Source: Dendrobates tinctorius (Eukaryota). Taken from it: a DNA stretch of 64,000 nt. This document shows positions 13,466-25,588 of the stretch, one piece after another; the stretch's first letter is position 1, and each line of letters opens with the position of its first letter. The stretch is taken from the NCBI RefSeq assembly GCF_039654945.1, contig NW_027361708.1, forward strand, positions 6,138,001 through 6,202,000, given 5' to 3'. The position numbers were made by a program, and so were the translations under genes. The notes under the pieces were generated by a model that saw only the letters and a list, made by a program, of their open reading frames with translations, had not been told where the DNA came from and did not search any database.

Positions 13466-15737
13466 TCACAAATGAGGGCCTCGAGACCGGGCACCAATGT
13501 CCCCTTGCCCTACCAGTCGAGAGGGCCCTCTTAGTCGTCTTTGAGCGTCAGCTCCCGAGATGTAGTCCAACTCTGTCACTGTATCCCTCTCTGTGACCAA
13601 CACATTATCGGATTTTATCCTTTCACGTTTCAGAGTCCGTCTGTTAGGCCTCCCCCGCCCCCAGCAGTCCTTATGTCGGCCTTGAGCTTGGGCCTTTAAG
13701 TCACAGTCCAACTGTGTTACCAGACCCTTGTTAGTCTCCACATTTCTGCCATACGCCCAGTCACCCAACCTTTCTCTCCATGGCTGGCTCTCCTGGTTGG
13801 TATGGTCAGAAGTCCCACGTCCAGTCGAGCTAGCTTGCTGGTCTGAGTCTGACCCATTGTCGCTACGTCCACTACCGGGTCTCCTGCCTATGCTACCAAG
13901 CCCTGAGTTAACAGAGGAGTCACCACCTATAACCCTCTTAGCTTCAGACCGCGTACTGCCAGTTTTCAGAGAAGCCCCTCGTTCCTCCATCTCTTGGGCT
14001 GGAAGCAGTCGCCCTCTTCTTTCCAACACCTGTAGCTGTACTTTAATTTGCATTTTTTCCCGGATCAGCTGCTCTACCTCTCGTAGGTACGTCACTCGAT
14101 ATTCCAGGAGCATTCGGATGTTCCTAAGGCTTTCCACAGAGCCAACAACAATGAATGGAGCCATGTCATCTTCAACAGCTACTTGGATTTCACCAGCAGG
14201 TGGGATCCTCACTCTCTTCACACCGGATCTATTTACCATCTCCTGCATCACCTTTCCAAGTCTTCCAACGACTTTCCCAACCAGATTTCTGGGTACGGGA
14301 ATTAGGTCTTAGACAAAGACCAGCCGACTTTGAGCTTCCCTCGCAAGCTCCAGACGTCGAGCAGCTTTCTTATTACGCAACACTAGTATCTGTTTCATGC
14401 GGAGATATTGTAGGTGTATCTCCTTCAGGACAGACACCCTCTTCTCTGTGTATTCTGTTTCTGCCAGTATCACCAACTGGTCCATCTCTGGTGCCCGGTT
14501 CACACTGTTAGCGTTGGTGGTCAGGAGCCGGAATCTCCAGGAGTGGACCTTCTGTACCGTGGCACTGAGGGGCCCCGGGTGAGCTGCCAGGTGGAACCAA
14601 CCCCTAAACAGAGACCGTTAGGAGCAGGCCCAGGGGTTCAAGTACAACGGTAGCCGGTACCGAGAGGGGCGGTTCAGGATGGACTGGAGTAGGACAGTGG
14701 GACTGAAGTGTAGATGACAGAACAGGGCTAGAACACAGGATACAGAAATGGAGTAAGACTATAGACTGGAACTTGGAGGAACTGAAGTGTAGATGACAGG
14801 ACAGAGTTGGAACACAGGAGACAGGAATAAAAGAGGACAGAAGGACTGGAGCAGAATGGAACTGGAACACGGGAGGCAGGACTGGAGGAGGACGGCTGGA
14901 CTGGAACAGGAACACCGGAGGCAGGACTGGAGTAGGATGGCGGGACTGGAGCAGGATGGAACAGGAACACCGGAGGCCGGACTGGAGTAGGACGGCAGGA
15001 CTGGTGCAGGAATTAACAGGAACACCGGAGACAGGACTGGAGTAGGATGGAACAGGAACACCGGAGGCAGGAGACGGAGGAAACAGGAACACTGGAGCAG
15101 GACTGAGAATAACTGTTAGCGAACACGGAAGACAGGCTGCGAGGCTGCTGCAGGAAACACTGAGGACGGCACCGAGAGACTGCAGAGAGCCCAGGAGGAA
15201 GCAGGGCCCAGTGTGCAAGGTAACACAACGATCAGGTGCCTCCCTCAGGGGGAAGTGGCCTGATATGGCCCCTTCTTGTCTGCCATTGGTCCAAAGGTGC
15301 TTCCGGGTCAGGGCACAGCCGGAGCACAAGAAGCAGAAGGGAGGCGCGGCCTATGGCGCATGCGGATTGCATGCAGAGATTGCGTCAGCCGCGAGCCTGT
15401 CAGAGGTGACCGCCGTGGTCGTCGGTTGGCGAGAGGCTGCGGCGTGGGAGCGGAGGCCGGATGAGTATGCAAAGACGGCGTGGGAGCGGAGGCCGGGTGA
15501 GTATGTTGGAGCGGTGTAACACACACTATAGGCCTTTAATGACTTTTTAAAGGCCTCATGCACACCCTCACTGGCACATGCTTCTTGCACGTCTTCGGGT
15601 ACCTCCATCATGCATTTAAAGCACAAAGCCTCACTCTCTTCATAAACAGACAGCTCCTGGTTTACCATGGCAACTTCCCTCAAGACATCTGCCCCGACTG
15701 GGTGACTGTCTTGTTCAGCTTTTGGCTCACAATCCAT
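13466..15737 (-). pseudogene. Intronless FMR1/FXR1/FXR2-family-derived ORF (KH0 + KH2 + low-complexity tail; ~416 codons once the solo LTR is removed; one internal stop)
   Basis: [159 protein letters not shown] aligns with recalled FXR1 [46 protein letters not shown] / [74 protein letters not shown]. Confidence 0.9.
14506..15521. mobile_element. Solo LTR (1016 bp) inserted in the FMR1/FXR-like ORF
   Basis: TGTTA...TAACA termini and 5-bp TSD CACAC (14501-05, 15522-26). Internal GGACTGGAG-rich minisatellite at ~14680-15110. Confidence 0.9.
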
Positions 15738-16623
15738 TGTCAACTCTTTAGTAGTCCTCTCTCTCAGGGAAGCTGCCGAACTGGGATCACCATCCAAGAC
15801 AATGCCTTGCTCCCCAGGCCACCTGACAGTCCAGATCCACAGGCGGACAGTAGCTCCCCCAATGCAGTGCCGTCACTGAGTCTGCAAACACACTTGGTCT
15901 GTCTGGGTGCTATTCAGGACGTCCGTCCCCACTTTGGAACCGTCCAACACACAGGCCTCACCAGGTGCTATTCAGGGATCCAACCCTCCTCCCAGGGTCT
16001 CCAAACACACCGGCCACCAGGTCAAGGGCCTCAGCGGGTGCTATTCAGGATGTCCGTCCCCTCCTGAGACCATCCGACACTCATGCCTCACCAGGTCCAA
16101 GGTCCAGCACGTGCACCAGGGATCTGATTCTTCTCCCAGAATCTCCCTACACTGACCCTCCAGGACCTTGCACCCTGAACCATTCAGGTACACACTCTCT
16201 CGCCATGTGACCAGACCTCAGGCACATTATATGGTACATAACCACACCCACAGGTGAGGTATGGATCACATGGTCATGACCTCACTACAGGTCCTATTCC
16301 ACACACAGCCACACACATACAGGCTTTACATTGGGCATTCAGACACATGCCCCTGGGTGGATTTGTAGATGTCTGGTCCCATCCATCTCACCAAGTCACC
16401 TGGAGGCTTTCCCTTATACACAGTAACAAATCCTCAGCAGTACCTCTGCTGATCAATACACGTTCCAGCTTCCATCACAAGGCACCCACCCTTGTGATAC
16501 ATATCGGCCATTTACAATCCTGCCGCTCACCATTTCCCCATCACAATAAAGGAAACACCTGCATGCATGTCCTGGGAAGCCCATACAGTGCCCCCTAGCT
16601 GTCACAGTGGTCACTGCATCACA
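15738..16623 (-). repeat. 5' LTR, lacking its last ~340 bp and the PBS
   Basis: Colinear with 12543-13427; similarity stops at ~15738-15741. Confidence 0.85.
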
Positions 16624-17724
16624 TAGCATAATAGATCATCCTTCTCCTCCTGTGTAAACAGGAGTCACACTACTGAGAACAATGACCGGCTATAGGCTCT
16701 GACTAATTACAGATTCCTCAGTGACCACTGATCGGTGAAAGTTTATCAATCAGGGGTTGTTTAGTGCCCCCAGTCTGTGCATATAAATGTATCCTAACGC
16801 TTTATTCACACATCAGTATTATGTGTTTTTCCCATCCATCAGTATGAGTGACATCTGCAGTAAAAATGTTGAAAGAATTGGCATGTTGCAAATTAAGTTC
16901 TGCTCATTCACTATGCTCGTATTAGGAAATTCTTCCTTTTTTGTGACAAATGTGCACAAAGAAAGCAAAACAAAAATCGCGACATTCGTATCCGCAATAT
17001 GTATAATTTAAAAAGGAAAAAAAGTTTAAAAAAATTACTGTATTGCAGGGAAGCATCTATCATATCTGATGAAAAATTGCAAAAGTCTCCCTACACAAAG
17101 AAGTAAAGACCCTCATACATTGCCAAGCTCTCCTATGTCCTCTATTGGAATAATAGGGAGAATAAAAGAAAATCGGGAGGCTACACCACACAGATTAGAC
17201 TGTTGGTCAATCCTACTGATACTGGCAGGTTTGGCTGATTTTGATCTAATGTGTATTGAGCTTCGATAATAGCAAGGTATGGTTGTGAGTAAATAGTGAT
17301 AGTGGTCCACCGTTTGGATAGGTCATGAAACACCAAAACCTACTGCCCAACCACCCAATGTCAATGTTGGCCAAATGGTTATTCAGCTGACAGTTCTCTC
17401 CCCTTTCCACCCCGTACAAATGCAGGCTCGGCTGAAAGAGAGCTGTGATCTGTTTCCACACACCTCTGGTGACAGAGTATTTCCTACTAGAAATAAATTG
17501 GATGTTTAAAATCAATATTGCACAATTATTTTATGTTGTCAAGCTTTGCAAAACAATTACATTGTCATCAGTGGTGGTCTACCTAAAACTACTTATTAGA
17601 ACATGCAGAAGAGTACAGAAAATAGAGGGGGTTCTTAGACCAAGATCAAAATTGGCCCTCTAATACAGTCAATGCTTTTATCAGTGCCGGTCAGATAGTT
17701 TTATTCCTTTAATTTTTTTTTTAG

Positions 17725-17932
17725 TACGCAAGTCAAAGGCAGCAGATGAAGATCGCAAACACAAAGCTCGTAGAGCAAGGGCTGAATATCATCGTCAATC
17801 TCTGAGAGCCATTCAGAAAGGAAAGGTAGCTGGACTAAGCAATTTATTCCAAAACACCAACCTCAGCAATGGGCAAGAATCGAGTCAGGAGAACTGCTGT
17901 TCGCCTCCAGCTAAACTTCACGTGCCAGTTCA
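17725..17932 (+). CDS. SH2D4B: SH2D4B internal coding exon
   Basis: Poly-T tract plus AG acceptor, GTAAGT donor. The phase-1 join gives [42 protein letters not shown] (human [42 protein letters not shown]). Confidence 0.95.
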
Positions 17933-18531
17933 GTAAGTTCTCTTTGATATTTCTAAATTATATTTTATAGAGATTATCGTATTTTATGCATGTGTTTTGT
18001 AATATAATTACTTATCCTTAAATTGGTGATCCATATTCTTCTAAACATTTGTATCAAATGTGGCACCACCAGTAGATCAAGAATGATAGCCAAATTCTAT
18101 ATTGAAGGGAGCCCAACAGGAAGCTCCCTCTTTTATTCCATGTTTCCTGTAGTGTCTGTCTCCACATTTGTTACTGAGGGTTATAATGGACCTCCTTCAG
18201 CTCCAGGCCTAGGTGCAACTACACTTTTTACACCCCAATAAGTGTGCCACTTGCCACTAACAGGCATGACTTAATATGGCCATAGGATGTTGAAGGGGTT
18301 CAATATTTTTAAATATTTGTGGTATGTACATAGCCATCAGCATATTATATATACAAATTCAGTTCCCGCAATAGCAGCTGAACATTACAACAAAGAGACT
18401 TCAGACACTCCATCAAACTCACGTGTAAGAAAATGTCACAGCTGAAAAACAGAAAATAATTACTCTACTTTACAGTTTAAAAACATAACAGAACTTAAAC
18501 AAACAAATGAAAGTGTAAAGTGCAAATTTAA

Positions 18532-18768
<237 letters not shown>

Positions 18769-19607
18769 TAACATTAACCAGACAATTATAATTATCTTTA
18801 TTAGGATAATAGTGAAACTTTGGGAATATAAATGTTAAATGTTCCCATTATTATAATGATACCACTCACAAGTTGATCATGGAATATTTAGGAGGGAAAA
18901 AATTGGTATCATCTTACAGTACCATGCTTGAATTTCGAGAGCTCCTTAGAACAATCCATTATTTCACAAATCTATGTAATCAGTATGTTCAAAATCCAGT
19001 TGACTTAATTTCAAGTTATTTTTATTGTAGATTTTTAGCGGAAAACATTGCATTGAAAATACCTGACTTACCGCCATTCCTAAACTTGTCCTCAATAGTA
19101 CACATCACAAATCATAATATCTTGCTGTTGAGCTTTAATTAAATATGTTTTTGTCCTTTGACTCTATTCTGTTTAGGACAATTCCTATATAATTGTGAAG
19201 TCTGTTCAAAGGCTTATTTGATTATCCTTACATATAGCATATATTATGATCACACCTGGTAGAGATGAGATGTTAGTGGATTGTAAGGGCAACTTCACAC
19301 TGGGCTTTTTTGCTTTATCTTTTTTCTGCAGCAAAACCTGTTTTTTTGGCAGGAAAGAAGCTGTGGCAAAAACGCATGTTTTGGTGTGTTTTTTCATGCG
19401 TTTTTGGAGCTAACTTATGTCTTTTTGTTCATGCTAATAAAGTTGAGTGCCCCCAGAGGGAAAAAAAAAATTACTTCCTGTAGAACCATACCTCTAGATC
19501 CTTTGAAAAGCCGGCAATCCATCTGCCACATACAGTAAAATCACACTGAAATGTTAGAATAGAATGGATAGAATAGATATATATGTATAAATATATAGAT
19601 GTCAGTG

Positions 19608-19642
<35 letters not shown>

Positions 19643-19769
19643 CTAGCTGAAGAGCCCGGCACCGCCCGGGCATAGTAACTAACTACAGTTAGTTATAGCA
19701 AATTATAATGATTATATCTATATATAAAGCTGAGTGTATAGCCCCGCCCACTCAGCATAGCCACATTCA

Positions 19770-20275
19770 CTATAATATCCCACATCATCCCGTCAGCAAG
19801 AGCTACCGGACTACTACCCCTAATAACCCACATCGTCACATCAGCCAGAGCCACCGGACTACTAATATCACACATCATCCCATCAAAGCCTCCGGACTAC
19901 TACCCCTAATACATCATCTCATCAGCCAGAGCCACTGGACAACTACCACTAATATCCCACATCATCCCGTCACAGCCGCCGGACTACTACCCTTAACATC
20001 CCACATCATCCCGTCAGCCAGAGCCACCGGACAACTACCACTAATATCCCACATCATCCCGTCACAGTCGACGGACTACTACCCCTAATATCCTGCATCA
20101 TCCCATCAGCCAGAGCCACCGGACTACTACCCCTAATATCCCACATCATCCCGTCAGCCAGAGCCTCCAGACTACTACCCCTAATATCCCACATCATCCC
20201 ATCAGCCAGAGCCACCAGACTACTACCCCTAATGCCACCGGACTACTCCCCCTAATATCCCACATCATCCCACCA
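19770..20275. repeat. Minisatellite, ~45-50 bp unit
   Basis: aatatcccacatcatcccgtcagccagagccaccggactactacccct repeated about 11 times. Confidence 0.9.
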
Positions 20276-20276
20276 G

Positions 20277-20855
20277 CCTGGGGTCAGAACCAGAGTGCTG
20301 AGTGGAACGGTCCTAACTTCCATACCAGGGATCCCTTTAAGAGAGGCCTGGGGTGAGAATCAGAGCGCTGAGGGATTTACCCTAACTTTCATACTGGAGA
20401 TCCCTTTAAGAGAGGCCTGGGGTCAGTACCAAAGCGCAGAGTGGATTTGCCCCGACTTTCATACCGGGGATCCCTTTGTGAAAGACTGGTATCAGAACCA
20501 GAGCGCTGAGTGGATTTGCCTTGATTTGCATACAGGAGATCCCTTTAAGAGAGCCTGGGGGCAGTACCAGAGCATTTGAAGGAAATTGCCCTGACTTTCA
20601 TACCAGGGATCCCTTTAAGAGAGGTCTGTGGTCAGAACCAAAGCGCTGGATGGATTTGTCTTGACTTCCATAGTGGAGATCCCTTTAAGAAAGGCCTGGG
20701 GTCAGTACCAAAGCGCAGAGCGGATTTGCCCTAACTTCCATACCAATGATCCCTTTAAGACACCCTGGGGTCAGAACCACAAAGCTGAGTGGAACGGTTT
20801 TAACTTCCATTTCGGGGATCCCTTTAAGAGATGCCTGGGGTCAAAACCAAAGTGC
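20277..20855. repeat. Minisatellite, ~70 bp unit
   Basis: ggggtcagaaccagagcgctgagtggatttgccc..gatccctttaagagaggcct repeated about 8 times. Confidence 0.9.
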
Positions 20856-23800
20856 TCTGTGCTCCTTTCTGGGGGCGGACAATGGCTGGGAGCTTATGTT
20901 CCCAGGGATGCTAGATTTCTCCCACCCAGTCAGTGTCTGCTGAGGTGTTGTCAAGTGGGAAAACTTGCTCATAGCAACCAATCACAGCTCAGCTTCTTTT
21001 AACCAGTTCTGGTGAAATGAGAGATGCTTAGTGATTGGTTGCAAGGAAAACTGTTGCTCATAGCAACCAATTACAGCTCAGCTTCTTTTGATCAGCTCTG
21101 TTGAAATGAAAGATGCTTCATGATTGGTTGGTGATACACACATACATACAATCAGTTTTATATATATATAGATGTATATATATTACATAGATAGAAGAAA
21201 AGCCAGCAATTCATCTGCCCTGTACTGTAAAATCACTGCAAGAGCCAAAAGGATAGAAGAGATGCATTACATACAGTAAATACAAATAGAATAGGTAGAT
21301 ATATACATGTCTGTGATAAATACAATTACTACAGTGTGTGTGCAGCTTACTGTACATGTATTTAATTAATAAAAGATTATTTTTCTGAAAAAAATGGCGT
21401 GGGCTCCAGTGCAATTTTCTTAACCAGCAGAGGGAAAGCCAATGGCTGGGGGCCAAGATTTATAGCCTGTGAAGGGGGTAATACCCAATGAGCTTCCCAA
21501 GCTATTAACATTCGCTCACAGCTGTATACATAGCCTTTATTGGCTATTAAAATGGGGGACCCTAGAAAAATGATGTAAGGTTACCTATAGTTAATAACCA
21601 GTAAAGGCTATGCAGACAGCTGTGGGCTGATATTAATAGCTTAGGAAGGAGCCATGGATACTGGCTCCCTCAGGCTAAAAATATCAGTTCTCAGCCACCC
21701 CAGAAAAGGCGCAGCACTTAACCTCGCTCTTCCCACTTGCCCTGTAGCGGTGGCAAGTGGGTTGATAGTTGGGGGGTTGATGTCACCTTTGTATTGTCAG
21801 GTGACATCAAGCCCAGAGGTTAGTAATGGAGAGGCGTCAATAAGACGCCCCCATTACTAACCCCATAGTCACATTGTATAAAAACACACACACTAAAAAT
21901 AAAGTTCTTTAACTGAAAGAATGACACAGACTCCTTTAATAGTCTTAATCAAACCATACGACTGTGCTTAAATCCACCAAAGCCCTCATTCTCCTGTAAT
22001 AAACCAAAAATAAAAAACAACCATTTCCCTCACCTATCTGTCTTTCTGTCCCTTGCTGTATGTCATATTTGGAGGATAAATGGTTGTCAACCTGGATGGT
22101 GCCAAGATGCAACCATCCAGGCTGAGAACCACTGTTGAATGAGTTGTGAATGCAGCCTCAGTGACAAGCAGCGACGTCACTGAGGCTGTGTTCCCAGCCA
22201 GGCTGAATTGCAGTGACCTTGGTAAGATCGCCACTAGCACAGTGAGAAAGTCACATGGTGCAGAAGCAAGTTCACAGGGAGAATTTCACTGTGGTGCATT
22301 TCAACTGCATTGAACTCACCTCTGCACCATGCGACTTTCTCATGGTGCTAGCGGGGATCTCACCAAGGTCACCACAGTTCAGTCCGGTAGGAAACACAGC
22401 TTCAGTGACGTCACTGCTGGTCACTGAGGCTGCACTCATAGCAGTTCAGTCATTAGTGGTTCTCAGCCTGGACAGTCACATCTTGGCACCATCCAGGTGG
22501 AAAACTATTTATTCCCCAGACGTGGATTACAGCGTGGAACACAACGATGGAGATTTGAGTGATATGGTTGTTTTTTTTATTTTTGGTTTATTACAGGAGA
22601 GCAAGGGATAAAAATGGAAGTGTGTTTTGCTTTTTTTCTAATAAAAGGCTTTATTTTGGCTGTATCTTTATTTACAATACAACTATAGGATTAGCAGTGG
22701 ATAGGTGTTTTATAGATGCCTCTCCATTACTAAGCTGTGGGCTTGATGTCATCGGACAATACAAAGGTGACATCAACCCTACAAATATTAACCCCACTTG
22801 CCACCACTACAGGGCAAGTGAGTGGGAAGAGCCAGGCAAAGTGCCAGAATTGGTACATCTAAAAGATGGGCAGCGGCAGCAGGCTGCTATTTTTAGGCTG
22901 GGAGTGGCCAATATACATGGCCCCTTACAGCCTGAGAATACCAGCCCCCAGCTGTCTGCTTAAGCAAGGCTGGTTGTCAAAAATGGGGGGAACCACACAC
23001 TGTTTTTTAAAATTATTTATTTAAATAATTAAAAATCAGCTTGGGCACCCATCTAATCTTGATAACCAACCTTGCTATTGCTAAAAGCTGAGTTGCAGCC
23101 CCCAGCTATTAGTTTTGCTTGGCTGGTTCTTAGAAATAGGGGGTAACCCATGCAGGTTTTTTTTAAAAACATTTATTTACAGCTTAGGAGCCAGCTATTG
23201 AATACTCCCATCATCAACTTCTACTCTCACTGTTATTAGCGGCAACAGGTTTTGGATGATGGGAGCGGTTGTCCCATCAGCTGACACCAGTGACTGGAGG
23301 TAAATTTTATACCGCCGATCATAGCTGAGCGTTCACTCTGTGTTTTGATTGTGTGGGAACCACAGCTCTCTGACCGGCGGGGATGGTTTCACCACCAAAC
23401 AGAAGCGGTGTTTGCTGCACTGTCCTTCATTTGTATGGTTAGAAATATGTACAGTATGGCTGTGACTTTGGCAACGGCTGTTTGTAACTGAAAAATTTCA
23501 CTTGGTCCATGCTGTAGAGTGTACATCAGAAAGTCACTCTATTGATGATAATGTGTGACCAGAGCTGTTGTCATCCTAACCACCTTACAATGCTCCATCT
23601 GCTGCTATTACATTTTACTATACACGATGTTAGGGCAGGTCAGTTTCTTAGTACATGGTGTAGGAAACATGGTCGATGTGAGAAGCAGGTCCTCCACATT
23701 ACTACATCCCCAAAGAAGACACTATTTTAATGTATAAACATAGTCACAGCAAGACTTTAACATTCATGAGTAAGTAGCCGATACTGCTAGATTGGTCGTT

Positions 23801-24157
23801 TTATTTATTTATTTGTATATTCATCTTTTTTTTATCAAGTATTGATCCCACGTTTTTCAAAATTCCTCTTTATATAATTCAGATATAATATTGATTTGTA
23901 AGCTTTGCTATGGCATTGAAGTAATGTGTCTGCACACAGTCTAAGTTGTTTGTGAATTATGTTCCTTTGTATTTAAGCCATACTAAACAAATTATGCACA
24001 AATGTCCGTCGCGTTTTTCATTACATTATATAGCAAAATAAATGGTGTCCTACAGTAAATCTTATGTAAGACAACAACTTTGTTCAGTTTCCAAAAGCAA
24101 CAAGGAGAATTGAGAAAATTGTTCTGCAATGAATTACAAGCTGTAAGAGAACTACAA

Positions 24158-24386
24158 TGGCTCAGTGATTGTCACTGGGGTCCTAGCTCAATTCTCACCA
24201 AGGACATTATCTACAAGAAGTTTGTATGTTCTCCCTGTGTCTGCATGCCTTTCCTCCGGTCTCCTCCTACACGCTAAAGACATACCACTAAGAAATTAAG
24301 ATTGTCAGACTCAATGGGGACAGATATCTGTAAAGTTTTGCAGAATATGATGGCGATATGTAATTTAAAAAATAAATATTTATTAT
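24158..24386 (+). mobile_element. tRNA-derived V-type SINE with L2-like 3' tail
   Basis: A-box-like TGGCTCAGTG head, V-domain-like gtttgtatgttctccctgtgtctgc..ttcctccgg..aaagacat, and a tail tgtaaag..gcagaatatgatggcg resembling the L2 termini in this window. Confidence 0.75.
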
Positions 24387-24619
24387 AACATAAGTGCCTA
24401 ATTTTCTTTTACATGCTGAATAAGAGGTGTGAGCTTGACAACAAAGCCTCATTGTTAGCGAAAGATTTGACGCAGTGGTATAACTAGAGTCTGATGGGCC
24501 CTGGTGCAAAATTTGTACCTGGGCCGCCACCTGCATGCTCGTCAGCTGTATAGGCTGTGAAGACATACGTGTTCACCCCCTCGTGTAACAATATTGCCAA
24601 TCCTGTAATAATGCCTTTG

Positions 24620-24950
24620 GTTCTTGACCCTTCCTGCAATAATGTCCCCCATCCTGTTCCCTTTTCCTGTAATAATATTCCCCCATCATAAGTCCCTTTC
24701 AGGTATAATGTCCTCCATCCTGGGCCCCTTCTAGTAATAATGTTCCCATAGTGGTGTAATGTCTCCATCCTAGGCCCCTTCTTGGTATAAGGTCTCCCCT
24801 TCCTGGTATAATGTCTCCCACCCTGGGCCCCTTCCAGTATTATATGTCCCCCCTCATGGTTTCATGCCCCCCATCCTGGGCCCCTTCCATTAATATATGT
24901 GCCTATCCTGAAATAATGTGTCCCATTCCACGCTTCTTCCAGTAATTATG
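24620..24950. repeat. Degenerate minisatellite (taatgtcccccatcctgggccccttcc) within a MITE remnant
   Basis: Repeated ~30 bp units. Confidence 0.6.
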
Positions 24951-25588
24951 TTCCTGTTTTGTGGCACGTCTTCAACAAATATAAAAAAATAATGATTCTA
25001 CTCACTATCTGCCACTCTCAAAACATGCAAAGACCCTACAACTATATGCACCATGATACATTTTAGTTGAATGTGCATCTTTGGACACTCATCCAGCTGA
25101 AATAGCTGCTAGTATTGGCGGGCTCACCTCCAGCACTCCCCTGCTTTGACTTTTGTTTCTCCTTCTGCATAGATTTATCAGAAAGTCTTGTACCAGCATT
25201 TTTTAGCTACCTCCCCACAGTCAACTCCAGTGTTTTCCAACTTTCTTACCTAAAGTGCCACATGCAACTCAGAGAGAGGGTCACAAGCCACCTCCCCAGA
25301 CCCCCTTCCTTAATAATGACAACAAACTCCCACCTCTCCCATGCTAGCAGCACACAAAGCCCCAATTATTGGCATATTGAAAACCAAAACTCTGACACAG
25401 AAATCATACTGGAGCAGTATTCTTCCAGAGTTTCCCATCTTACCCTCATTCTGTATTCTCATATCAAGCACTCCCACCACACTATCACATATAGCCTCAG
25501 TTACTGTCCCTATCTGGCATTACCATTCTCCAGCTTAAAGGGAACCTGTCACCAGGTTTCCCAATATAGAGTATGGCCACCACCTTTT

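Larger units (their letters stand above)
12204..16623 (-). mobile_element. Gypsy-type LTR retroelement derivative lacking gag/pol and carrying an FMR1/FXR-like ORF
   Basis: TG..CA termini and 4-bp TSD TAGC (12200-03, 16624-27). ~885 bp direct repeat (12543-13427 vs 15738-16623). Minus-strand PPT AACAGAAGGGGGTA abuts the 3' LTR; AATAAA at 12299-12304 (minus). Confidence 0.88.
19643..21172 (-). mobile_element. Non-autonomous Helitron-like element with two minisatellite arrays
   Basis: Minus strand reads A|TC...GCCCGG-gcggtg-CCGGGC-tcttcag-CTAG|T: a 3' hairpin plus CTAG, inserted between A and T with no TSD. Confidence 0.65.
19290..23420. mobile_element. Old DNA-transposon-derived repeat with internal inverted segments, interrupted by a Helitron
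   Basis: Inverted pairs: 19505-19600/21195-21320, ~21650-21910/22620-22960 and 22070-22250/22330-22510. A related copy lies at 57290-58345. Confidence 0.5.

Noticed and set aside
14604-15329. 241-aa Pro/Ser-rich ORF
   Set aside because: It arises from the minisatellite inside a solo LTR and has no recognisable domain.
13466-15797. Calling this the host FXR1/FMR1 gene
   Set aside because: It is intronless, lacks Agenet and KH1, is highly diverged, has a stop, and is enclosed by LTRs inside an SH2D4B intron.
19770-20855. Regularly spaced repeats resembling a CRISPR array
   Set aside because: There are no unique spacers and no cas genes, and the context is eukaryotic; these are minisatellites.
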